From: Bigelowiella natans CCMP2755
Taxonomy: Eukaryota; Protista; Cercozoa
Assembly (NCBI GenBank): GCA_000320545.1
Contig: ADNK01000415.1
Span: 10,414-74,413, forward strand
Direction of reading: 5' to 3'
Length of the DNA: 64,000 nucleotides
Shown one piece after another: positions 53,146 to 64,000 of this stretch (position 1 is the stretch's first letter; each line of letters begins with the position of its first letter). Both the position numbers and the translations under genes were made by a program. The notes below the pieces were generated by a model, which did not search any database, was not told the DNA's origin, and saw nothing but the letters and a program-made list of their open reading frames with translations.

Positions 53146-53521
53146 GAGTAGGAAAGAAAACACTCGTGATTTTTCGTACGGCGTTGTTGTATGTAAGTAG
53201 CTAAATATCACATATATTAATATGTACATGGTGTTTTCCTTACATTTCCATGTTAAATTATAGATCTTTACAGCCTAGAATTTTGCCCAGAACGATCGCT
53301 TGCACGCACAACAACACAAGGACCAGACGCCATAGCAGTGAGAGAACGAAGTGAATCATCTTGAGACAGGTGTGATGGCTAATGAGGGGAGGAAGTGGGT
53401 AAAAAAAGGGTCCTGCAGCCGATAGGAGAATTGTTTTTTGGGGATCGAAGCAGTGGGTTCCAATAGTGAGCAAGTAGGCCGATTCAATAATTCTTCCTGA
53501 TTTCTTTTCTTCAGGTGCACA

Positions 53522-53643
53522 ATGCCATTACGCATCATCCTAAGCTTCAAATGCCCCACAGACCAGAAATATGAGGCAAGCTTTGCCATTAAGGTTGTAC
53601 TCATGCAGAGTATCCGCATTGTATGTGTATATGCATGGGTATG

Positions 53644-53683
<40 letters not shown>

Positions 53684-55960
53684 GCCACTCTCCATTAGAA
53701 AGCGAAACGTGTATGTGTGGTGCAGGTGCCTAAAAAGTTCTGGGACAAGGCATCGCAGTTTCTCCTTGATTGGTTTGTGGAGTTCTACAACAAGAAGTTT
53801 CCGGAAAGGCCTCTAGATGCGATGGACCTCACATTATATGACCAGGATGGAAAAGTATACCCCAGCGAGGCCGTGATACAGGAATGTTTCAGCCACAAAC
53901 AGGAGGTTGTTCTGCGCTCCAAGAAGGAAATGGTAGCCATTGCAACATCAGAAAAAGCTTCCGAGGGCAAGGATGAAAAGGCCGACACCCAAATCAAAGA
54001 AGAGACGATACCAGCACTTACCGGCAAAGCCATGACATTAAACTCAATGGTTGATATGGAAAATCCGGATGAATTCTCTAAAGCAGAGGAGAGAACAGAG
54101 AAACAATATAGAACTCTCAAGTCGAATCACGGGCTGCAGGCAGAGGTAACTCTGAAAGCCGCATTCAAAGTCACGGATCTTTGCATAGCCCAATATAAGC
54201 TTGATCGAGTCGATGAGGTTCTTGCCGAGATCGAAGGCGCTTGTTCGGCAGATAAGTCATCGGATAAGTACACCAAATTTATCCAGATGAAAGCGTTTTG
54301 TCGCTGGAAGCAGTCGAGGTTCAAAGAGGCCCTTAAACTATTCGAAGAGATGAAGAATCGGGTTAGTGAAGTCACCCTTTCGTTCCCAGGAAGGGGGTTA
54401 AGTAACATTCGCTTTCTTCAGGTTGGATTGTCGTCTAAACTGTTGGAGAACATGGGGCATACGTATAATAGTCTTGGAGACTACGACAAAGCACAAGAGA
54501 GCTTCCAAAAGGTAGTTTCACTGCTGCCGTTTTGACAGATGTGTATCAGCACCATCATTACATCATTGCATCATTGCATCATTGCATCATTGCTCATCAT
54601 CAACAACTCTCTAGGCCCTAGATCTTGTTGATGTGGAGTTGAAGTTGAATCCCGAAGCAGACAGTCACAAGGGGGGTCTCTACATGGGGCTAGGATTGGT
54701 GAAGAAGAGACGGGTCAGCTTCCCTCAACACCCTTTGTGTTGTTGGCAATTATTTGAACATACCGTACGTTCCAGGGCAAGGTGGAAGAGGGCTTGGTTG
54801 ACCTGAAAAGATCCCTGAAATGGTATCAAGATACAACAGGGCCGAAACCCCATAGTTTGTGCGCAAAGGTCCTTCAGCGTCGTGATACCTTTCCAGCGCT
54901 TCTCCCCCCCCCCCTCCCCCCCCCCTGCTGCTGCTGGTGCTTATGAACATAAAAAATATAAGCTACGACCGTAACATGGCGTCTAACTTTTGAATTATAA
55001 TCATTGTACGCATACTATGAAACCAGGCGCACATGTCGGTCGCACATGCCTATGAGGACCTGAAAGATTGGAAGAAAGCAGCTACTCACATGGAGCTTGC
55101 TGTGGATATCTTCCAAAAAACCTGTGGAAACAGCAGTCCCCTCACTGGGAATGCTCAAGGAGCTCTTGGAAAGGTAAGAAGACATTATCCTATGTCCAAT
55201 CTGCCAACATCACCAGAACTACGTCATCATCGTTACAACGGCCGTTTGTGTGCTATATGCTAGGTGCTCTTGGAACTTAACAAGCCCGAGGCAGCATGGG
55301 AAGCACTTGTTGCTGCTTTCGAAAATGAGGTAGGTCGGCATTGTCCGACATCATGACTAGGAAATAGCTTGAAATAAAAATGAAAACTGGTCATCTTGCT
55401 GCGGGTTTTTATGAAAAAAATGACGTCTGGTTTATGCCGCGAACATAAGCGGTGAATTCAGTGTGATTTAAAGTCCACTCTATCACAGAAGATGCTGGCT
55501 TTTATACTACTATTATGCAGCAATTCGTTTACAATGACTGATCCTATCAGCAACCATCGTTTAGAGAAATGATCGATATTCTCAGGTGAAGCACGACTCA
55601 CTGAAAGTATTCACACTCTTCGAGCACGCGACACTGATATACAAATTGTGCACTTCCAAGACAACATCTCCGAAGGATGTTCAAGTTCTTGTTCCATCGC
55701 TTATGCTTCTCGATGAGAATATCGGGCAGCAGATGGTATCGGGGTTAGTCAAGCGGGACGGAAATGTTGGTGCTCTGTACAAGTCAATGGCAGAAGTTGC
55801 AATTGTGGCTCAACACTACAGGATGTCGAATACGTTTCTCTGCAAGGCGCTAACACATTTTGGAGAGGAGAAGAGTTTCGACTGTGGCTCATTGATCACT
55901 GAATGCCGCAATGTCTTGGTCTTAGTCAACGATCTGATTCGGAAAGGAATCGGAAATTGA
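53522..55960 (+). CDS. TPR-repeat protein with small N-terminal ubiquitin-like-fold domain
   Basis: MPLRIILSF..FAIK|VPKKFW..LLDWFVEFYNKKFPERPLD.., then TPRs LLENMGHTYNSLGDYDKAQESFQK|ALDL and AHAYEDLKDWKKAATHMELAVDIFQKTCG..SPLTGNAQGALGKV. Stop at 55958-55960. Confidence 0.8.
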
Positions 55961-57240
55961 TGCGAGTTGTCAAAATTGTACTGGTGCGAACGTTTGCTGA
56001 CTCTAGTGCCCGACATCGAACTCGTCTGTAAACCAAATGCTAGTTGTAATATAGAATGGTGATTAAATTCTGGAAAAATTTGTTCGTGCGGTGAATGTTG
56101 CTAGGTTAATGTGCGAGAGCTTGGTTAGACTCATGAGATGCGTTACAGAAGCTTAGCAAGCCTGGATCATTGCCAGACTGATGCGTTGTGGGAGTGATTT
56201 GCAGCGCTCAGCCGCGACGCTGGCGGGCGATCTAGCGATCTAGCGATGCACGCTTGTCTGACAGTGATTGTCGCTGAAGTTTGAATCTGCAAGCTGTGCG
56301 CTAGCTATAGCTCGTGTAGCGATCGACATCAGTCTGTTTTTGGCTTTCGTAATGAACCTAGCTAGCATAGCTAGAAGCTAGAAACATTTACAAACTACAT
56401 TCGCATGTGTCGCAACCTGCTCTAGCGCTCATGCTGAACACACCCAGGCTATGTGCACAGCTAGTACGTAGCAATGACAAGTACTTGCTCTAGTTGCATG
56501 CTAGCAAGACAGAGCCTGTATGACACTGCTAGACTGGACTGCCTGTGATCGCGATTTCGCTTGTGCAGCAAAAATTGCATTCATTGCATCATCATTGTTA
56601 CACCTTTCGCCTCTTACGCTAACATAAGTGGCTCGATTCTTGCACACATAGTATGTCAGTTGCCATTTGCATGGCGCATACAGATTTGTGACCCCCTTTT
56701 GGCGATGCACACCTGCTTTGATGCAGTGCATGCTGGCGGCATGCTAGCTGTGCCAATGAGATTGGTAGACATGCACAATGTCACGTGGCCGGCCTTGCCA
56801 TGCTAGCATGGCTAGATGGGTGTGCGCGCGCGCACGTGCGTGCGTGTGTGTGTTTGCTAAAGATGTGTGCAACAGTAGCTGCAATTCGCCCGCACACGCA
56901 CTGGAAGTCACTGTAGTTGCCCTGCACTGCGACACTCTAGCACTGCTACTTCATCATTTTTATCATGGCTTAATCGTGATGGGACAAGGGAATGTACCAG
57001 GCATGCACTAGATTGTATCTGACAACTCAGAATAAAAAATTGTAATTTTCATGACATTCTGTACTTCTACTCACAGTGATCGATGCACGTCAGCGAACAG
57101 TGCTCAGTAGTAGGTGCTAGAATCATGCAATCTCATTTAAAATGGATTAGACTTTGATGTCATACTGAGGACGTTCATTCAAAAACACCCAGGTATTCTA
57201 GGACTACTAACAGTAGCATCTGGATATCTACCGAAGAGCG

Positions 57241-60200
57241 CTATCTACTCTCCATCTCGATATCTATTTCATCATCTTCGTAAACACTCTCAAGAGCGGC
57301 GAACAGCTTTGTCTTCTCTTCAGCGGCCTCCTTGTTTTTTGCAAGGTTGGCGTTTCCTCCTTCTCGGAGTATTTGAGAAAAGCTGCATCTCAACATAATG
57401 TCACTATCAGATAGAGTTTTCGATTCTTCCATTTGGGACGATTTTATACTGCCTCTCATGTACTGGGACAGAGACAACTGCGAAGCAGCTGCTTGATCAT
57501 CACTCTCTTGCTTCGGATGTCTCCTAGGATTGTTGCTTCGCTTCATGTCAACGACGGTCTCCCGCTGCTGCTGCTGCTGCTGCTGCTTCTGAAGACTCAC
57601 GAAACGATTCTTTGTCGGTTGTGAGTTCAAAGCCGTCAACAATGTGGCTCCTGTCTGATCTGTCTGGTAGTAAGGATGATTACAAAGAAAGGAGACCAGA
57701 GATTTTTCAAGCTTTCCTTGGTTGCTTTTGAAAGGTTCTAAGTATTGCTCCTCGAGCTCTGCTCTGTCTGCAAATGGCATTTTGGCCTCTGCATACTTCC
57801 TAATGATACGAGAATTTTGCAACTCGGTGGTACTACTTTTTATGTTAGAACCAGTTCTTTTATTGTCACCATGTCTCAGCTGCTGCTGCTGCTGCTGCCG
57901 TCCAACTTGCGCATCCTCGTCTTCTTCATGCTGCTGATGCTGTGCATATCGCAACCGAGAAAATTTTGCTAAATCAAATACCGCAGGACCACACACATCC
58001 CCAACTCCGTCTAGCTCGACTGTCAGTTGCTCGATGCAACGAAGGATAGCTTCGGCGCGGCTTGGTAGGTAACAACATAAAATCAATGGAGTGGTGATGA
58101 CGCAGAGGATTTCACCCAAGAAAACTTGTAGTGTGGGTTTGAACATATCACCGAACGCGTTTCGAACAGAGACCTCATGAAACCTTTTTCTCCATTCGAC
58201 AGGGCAGTAGTGTGTGTGCTTCACAACTTCGGCCATAGCTTCATGGGGGTTGAAGATGTCAATGGACTCGGGAATCATGGACCTTGAGACTGCGAGGATA
58301 GCAGTGAACACCGCTAGGTACCATATCAACGATCGATCACCAACGTAAACGTTCAAAACTGATCTCGAGCCGGTAAGGGACAGGATCAAGAGAGCGCCAA
58401 CCACTGCTCCAGAAACATACGCTACACATTGCGCGACGATGGTTGAAAGATTCATTGGGAACTGGTTAACATAGTTTTGTGCCGGTGCTAGGCTCGCTCT
58501 TAAACGCCTTTCGAAGAAGTGGGGAAGTTCGTTGTATTCTTGGAGGTGCCATTTCGCGTATAGTGTCCATTCGCGTGGACCCAGGGAAGATCTTTTTGAA
58601 TGGAATTCTTCAAAATGCCTCAACACAAAATGTATCACCAAGAAAATAGCGATGAATGGCATGAAGATGAGGTTTATGATCCCCATCGTAATAAAACGGC
58701 GTTTTAACTTCGCGATCCCGTCATTTAAATTCAGATTCTCGGAGTAGGAATAGCCTGAATTAGAGTCAAGAAAATCTTTCACGGAAAATTTTTCGTCGAA
58801 CATGGCATTTAGGATGCAGACTCGGAGGTTCCACTCTAACGTCGAGCCGAACACCCCGGAGTGCTGACCGAAGATAAATGTTTCAATCTTGAAGACCCCG
58901 GTATTCACCATGGCAATCATGTAGTTTTCCTTGCGCATAATCCGATTTGTGATATCTGCCAACCAAAAAGTCGAAGAAAAAATCAACCATCTACATACAA
59001 CAGGACTAATTACAATATGATGGTTGTCCGTGACAGAGCTCAGCTGCTGCTGCTACTGCTGCTACTGCTGCGTCACAGAAGTTCATTGAAAATTATGTCA
59101 AATTTTGAAGTATTAGCCCTCCTGTATTTGGTGCCTACCTAAGGAGTCGCGAAAGTCCTTAACGACACAGAGTTGGACCTTTTTCTGCACCTTTACTAGT
59201 CTTTCCAGCACTTCATGCCATTGTAGCATAGGAATTTCCTCCTAAAATAAGTTTGCATATCCAAGTATTTCACATCTAGATTTTTTTTTTGAATGCTACA
59301 ATTAATCAAAAATGGTGTTTTGGCACGGCGTTTGAATTACATCCTGAATTTCCAGTCGTTGGGAGTAGAAGGTAGACATTTGCCAACTCTGTGACAAGAC
59401 GAAGAGAGAATCTACTGCATTCCATAACCAATATACACTAAATATAATGAAGTAGAGTACGACGATAACTCCACCGAAGTTCAAGCTGAAAGGAAAACCA
59501 GATCGTCAGAAACGTGTCATACTAATGGCCAACAACAAACTTACTTGCTAAGGGCGTTCGCTCTGATAAGGCGATCGCATGATGATTGGTGGCACTCCAC
59601 AACTGCCGACCAGTCCACGAAAAGTAAGAGGAATGTAGAGAAACATATTGTGAAGGCGAGATTTCTGATGGATAAATTGATTGTTAGCGTCTTCGTTCTG
59701 ATAGTAGCAAAGAGATTGTGCTGCATTACATCAATTTGGTTATCCGTTTTAACACGATGCACCAGAAACCGTTTTCGATATAGTACATATACACGTTCGA
59801 GCAGAACTCGTCCAAATTTTTAACGGGCTGCAAAACATCGACACGAATATTATCAGAACCGAGCTGTTTGTTCACCACAGCAATAGAACGAAATGATGAT
59901 ACCGCCCAGGTTCGCTCGGGGGAATCCGCCTCTTCTTCATTCATCCGATCTTCATAAAGCAACGATTTTATTACGGTGGTCTGAACATTGTTCTTGCAAA
60001 TTTACCGTAGGCAGCCTCTATCATTTTAAAGTGTTCCGATGGAGGAGAGCTTATTTTGCCGCTGCTGAGTTGATCGTTGCCAAGTTTATCGCTTTAGAAG
60101 AACCGCATTAACCTGCACATGTGCAAATGGGTTTGAATGTATACACTGCAGTTCATGCCTAGCAGCTCACGCCCCACAGGCGATAATATGTCCCAATATT

Positions 60201-60625
60201 CTTTCCATGCATCATCCATCCTAAACTACCGGATGCTTCCCACTCTGACACCTTTCTGTTCGCTTTACGAGAGTAGTCTTGTTGGTATTTTGCAAAGAAA
60301 ATAACATTTTTACATGTCGCAGGTAGAACATAGCCTCAACAATGAACCGCATCAAAAGGAAGAGCCTTATTTTTTCCTTTACCGATGTCGCAGATTTCAT
60401 TTCTCCTCCATTCTTGTTTCTTCCTCGGTGGTGATACGAATTCGGAATGGACGGCAAGAAGGGTTCACGATCTACAATTGATGTGCCCCTCAGCCGTGGG
60501 AACTCAAGGGTAAGTATTCTTCGCTATTATAACCCTAAAGACAATACTTTCACCAAATTGCTTTGCAAAACGCCTCGGAATGAATAGCAACATGATCGAA
60601 TAGGTGAGCTTGAGTGCCTTTGCAT
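57241..60625 (-). CDS. ATG9: Autophagy-related protein 9
   Basis: NLDEFCSNVYMYYIENGFWCI, FSTFLLLFVDWS, DITNRIMRKENYMIAMVN, TLEWNL, LGPREWTLYAKWHLQEYNELPHFFERRL, YVNQFP, HTHYCP..W, GVGDVCGPAVFD, GKLEKSLVSF. Exons beyond ~59965 are uncertain. Confidence 0.93.
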
Positions 60626-62249
60626 ACGTGTTTTCTGAGCTGGTCCAGTATTGCCAATCGCAAATAGAAAGAGGCGAAGATTTAGAAAAAAGGTGGACTT
60701 GATATTCCGCTAGGCTGTATGGAAATCTATGAAGTAGATGTATATTTTACTTCAGGCTTTTAGAAGCTGGTTATGGGGTGGGACTACGCACGTTAGAACT
60801 GCTTTGCTTTCGTGAGAAAGGATGTAAAAAAGAGAAAAATGTGATACAAATCCTCAACTTCATCCGAACGGTTGTATGGAAGAGTTTATTCGGAAGGCCT
60901 GCTGACGACCTCCAGATTAGCCATTCAAAGAAGAACGAATGTAGTCTAATATGATTCACTGAATCAATTGGACTCGTGACATTAAATATTTTTCTCAGAT
61001 TACATCTATGACGAGGAACCAATAATTTGTAAATATATCTCTCAACCAAATTCCGAAAGATGCGCAAAGTTTGCGGCCGGAATAATTAATGGAATCCTCG
61101 ACGGGGCAGAATTTGTAAAATCCATTTTCATTTGTTGCTCTTGTAATAATATTGCTTCATTAATACGAAATTAGCCCTGCGAAGTGAATGCGGTACGGAG
61201 CAAGGAGAAAGTTGTGTTCGTGATATCATTTGGTCAGAAAGTGATTGCAAGAGAAAACAGCTAGACTGTGGTAGGAAAACTGTTTGCCTGAATGCCTAGG
61301 TAGGAATGCCAAGAGAGCTAGCCACGTACAGTCGTCGGGAAATCCTCATGTCTGTTCATGCTGAACAACTTGCCGTCTGCTGGTGTTCTAGGTCGCCAGC
61401 TTTACTTTCAACGGTCATTTATGTGAGATGCTATCTAGTCTGCATTGGAGTGGACCCATGCATTAAATGCTGCCAGCATAATCTAGTAATCCACGGTCTA
61501 ATGCATGCGCAACTGTTGAATTTGATATGTGAGAAAATTTTTCAATTACACCGTGTCGGCTCTGCATTTCAGCGTAGACACTAGTTAGACGCATGCACGG
61601 TTGATTCGTAGATAGAAGAGCAGCAGGCATGTCTATAAAATATGTGTAAGAGTTGGTGTGTAGACAGCCAGACCTAGCAGAGACTGCTAGCTCAAATGAG
61701 AGGCAAACATGCGCCAGGCCACAGAGGCGCACGTGATGGTGTTTGATATAGTTAACGTACATGACTGTGCGGCTCCCCTAATAAATTTGAAAAACAAAAT
61801 CATGCATCGTAGTAATATGATAGACACAGTAACATCACAGATATCAGCTATGTGTCATGTTGTCATGAGCATCCTCGAGTTGTCAACAATGAATGTGAAT
61901 GTGGGCCACCTAGCTGTCCCATGCACATGCGCTTTCTAGCTTTGTTAATTTCTAGATTTGCTCATGTTCTCACACATGCACATACATGCAACATTGATCT
62001 TGTTGCTCTTTTGACGGTTCGTGATCCACCAAGGCACTGGTTTGTGTCCATCACATGGAACACATGCACGCCGCACCGCATTTTCATCGCATCTACTAGT
62101 CTAGGCATGCTAGCACTGTAGCATGCATACATGCGAACAAATGAAGACATCACAACAGAACAAACGAACATGCGAACAAACATTGCTCAATGTGCAATCT
62201 GTGGCCGCTGCTAATTGGCTTTGCATGGCTACATTGCTAGATTGGGGCG

Positions 62250-62293
62250 AGCATTTGAAAAATATTTAGTCACATCGTTACATCCGTCTCATG
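62250..62293 (-). mobile_element. Solo copy of the GAGACGGATGTAA terminal repeat
   Basis: Reverse complement catgagacggatgtaacgatgtgactaaatatttttcaaatgct aligns with the other copies. Confidence 0.7.
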
Positions 62294-62499
62294 CACTGCT
62301 AGACTGCTAGACTGCTAGACTGTGCACATGCACATGGTCATGTGGTCACACATGCAGTCACACGTGTGTGTGTGTGCGCGCGTGCTGTGATGTGCGCGCA
62401 TGTGTGCACCAGCGGCGGGTCAAATGAACACATGCATGTGTGCGTAGAGCATTAGCGAGCATGGCACGCAGCACGTTGCGGAGTGAGCTGGTTAGCTGC

Positions 62500-62930
62500 T
62501 GTGAGTGCCGTTGATGGTTCATCACTTTCCCAATGCTCCATCCCCAACAGCCACACCCAATGCATTCCTCTTGGTTCGCATGTCAGGCAGTTCCTTCCAC
62601 CCCGCCGACACATCCTTCAAATCCAGATGCTCCCCAGATTCATTGCCACACCCTCCAACCGCAAACAACTTGCCATCCCCAACAGCCACACCCAAACCAA
62701 ACCTCACAGTCCCCATGTCAGGCAGTTTCTTCCACCCGGTGCCATTTTCCCTCCTTCAAATCCAGATGCTCCCCAGATTTCAGATTCACACTCCTACCTC
62801 CATTTCCACCAATTGCAAACAGTTTTCCATCTCCAGCAGCCACACCCAATCCACTCCTCTCGGTCCCCATGTCAGGTAGTTTTTGCCATTCTGCTGATGA
62901 CTCCATCGCGCTTTCGTCGTTTGTGTGAGT
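62500..62930 (-). pseudogene. Kelch-repeat gene relic (frameshifted, truncated)
   Basis: Repeats WQKLPDMGTERSGLGVAAGDGKLFAIGG..SGEHLDL / WKKLPDMGTVRFGLGVAVGDGKLFAVGG..SGEHLDL / WKELPDMRTKRNALGVAVGDG. Frameshift near 62745 and stops at ~62520. Confidence 0.8.
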
Positions 62931-63014
62931 TTTTAGCAGATTTCACCGCAACTTGAAAAAGGAGTACGCCAAGTCGAAACAGATCCCTATTTGAACGTGC
63001 GACATCGATTTTTC

Positions 63015-63074
<60 letters not shown>

Positions 63075-63114
63075 TTAAAAGGAATCCTCTCCCCACGCAG
63101 AGCTCAAACCAAGC

Positions 63115-63617
63115 ATGAGCTACGGATGGGACGGACGAGGGGAAGGGAGGATGCCATATCCGAACAACCAGCACAGTGCAGCACCACATCATCATCAGCA
63201 GCAACTACATTACCCAGGACCTCCCAATCACCCCCCCGTCCATGCTTATCACCCCCAAGGAACAACGCACTTTCCACCCCAAGAATCTCAAGCGCCTCCT
63301 CTTCATCACCCTCATACAGGGGCAATGTACTGGCCAGCTGCAAGTACTACCACCCATTTAACGAACAACCAATCAGTCCATCATCCTACACGGCTGCAGC
63401 CCCCCCCTCCTCCAAGTGCTAACAATGTTGCTGGGCAGCTTGCCAACGACGCCAAACAGGGCCCTCAAGGTGAGATAATGATACCGTCACGCAAATATTC
63501 ATCGATACTTAGTCCATGGCAGTAAATTTATGACATCCCGACCCCCCCCCGTCTGCCTTCCCCCCTATCTTGCACTACACACACACACGTACACATTGTG
63601 TGTATGTGAGTGAGCGA

Positions 63618-63652
<35 letters not shown>

Positions 63653-63864
63653 TGTGTTTTGCGTGTGATGATGTGTTATTGTTCTTCCAGACGAGAAAGA
63701 ACGAATTCTGATTGAGATGACAGCAAAGAAGGTGCACGAGGGCGGCCCGCCATTCAAAAAGATGTTGTATGCAAAGCAGAGGACGAATCCAAAATTTGCG
63801 TTTCTATTTGGTAATAATAACGCTTATGTTATGAATGGTGGTGCGCACACACACACACACACAC

Positions 63865-63930
<66 letters not shown>

Positions 63931-64000
63931 GTGTGTGTGTGTGTGTATGTATGTATATGTGTGTATGAGTGTCTATTGTCTCACAGACACGCACATTTGG
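63115..64000 (+). CDS. SURP/SWAP-domain splicing factor (CHERP/SUGP-like), partial
   Basis: Pro/His-rich exon 63115-63469, intron, then exon from 63691 EKERILIEMTAKKVHEGGPPFKKMLYAKQRTNPKFAFLF (SURP consensus). Continues past the window. Confidence 0.8.

Noticed and set aside
62296-62322. (CTGCTAGA)3 as a telomeric repeat or Helitron 3' end
   Set aside because: Only 2-3 units, internal position, no upstream GC hairpin or 5' TC end identified. Treated as micro-duplication instead.
62500-62900. Regularly spaced ~130-150 bp nucleotide repeats resembling a CRISPR array or satellite
   Set aside because: They are kelch coding repeats in a eukaryotic locus, with no unique spacers or cas genes.

Overview
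Eukaryotic, intron-rich, microsatellite-dense nuclear DNA from a protist. The gene families and style suggest a rhizarian or chlorarachniophyte-like host (inference only). About 15 spliced genes were reconstructed by eye: an unknown gene (-), a CAMK-like Ser/Thr kinase (+), COG8 with a probable EF-hand C-terminal extension (-), a GT2-like protein (+), a PEHE-domain protein (-), a class II DAHP synthase fused to an aldo-keto reductase (+), a bacterial-type glutamate-cysteine ligase (-), UPRT (+), a C2H2 zinc-finger/coiled-coil gene (-), a RING-H2 protein (+), a multi-TM protein (-), a SAM+HECT E3 ligase (+), a TPR protein (+), ATG9 (-) and a SURP protein (+, partial). There are also two pseudogene relics and a dispersed TIR/MITE-like repeat. 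Two signals stand out. (1) Intergenic/repeat blocks have lost almost all TpA dinucleotides except in TAG/CTA contexts (16 of 17 TpA in 51961-53145 are CTAG). Repeat copies differ by TA>TG/CA/CG and a kelch relic shows His/Cys where Tyr is expected, which points to a context-specific A-to-G hypermutation of repeats or dead DNA, opposite in direction to fungal RIP. (2) An intact 802-aa DAHP synthase II-AKR10-like fusion enzyme. Genes alternate strand almost perfectly. Exon boundaries were assigned manually and some 5' ends are uncertain.
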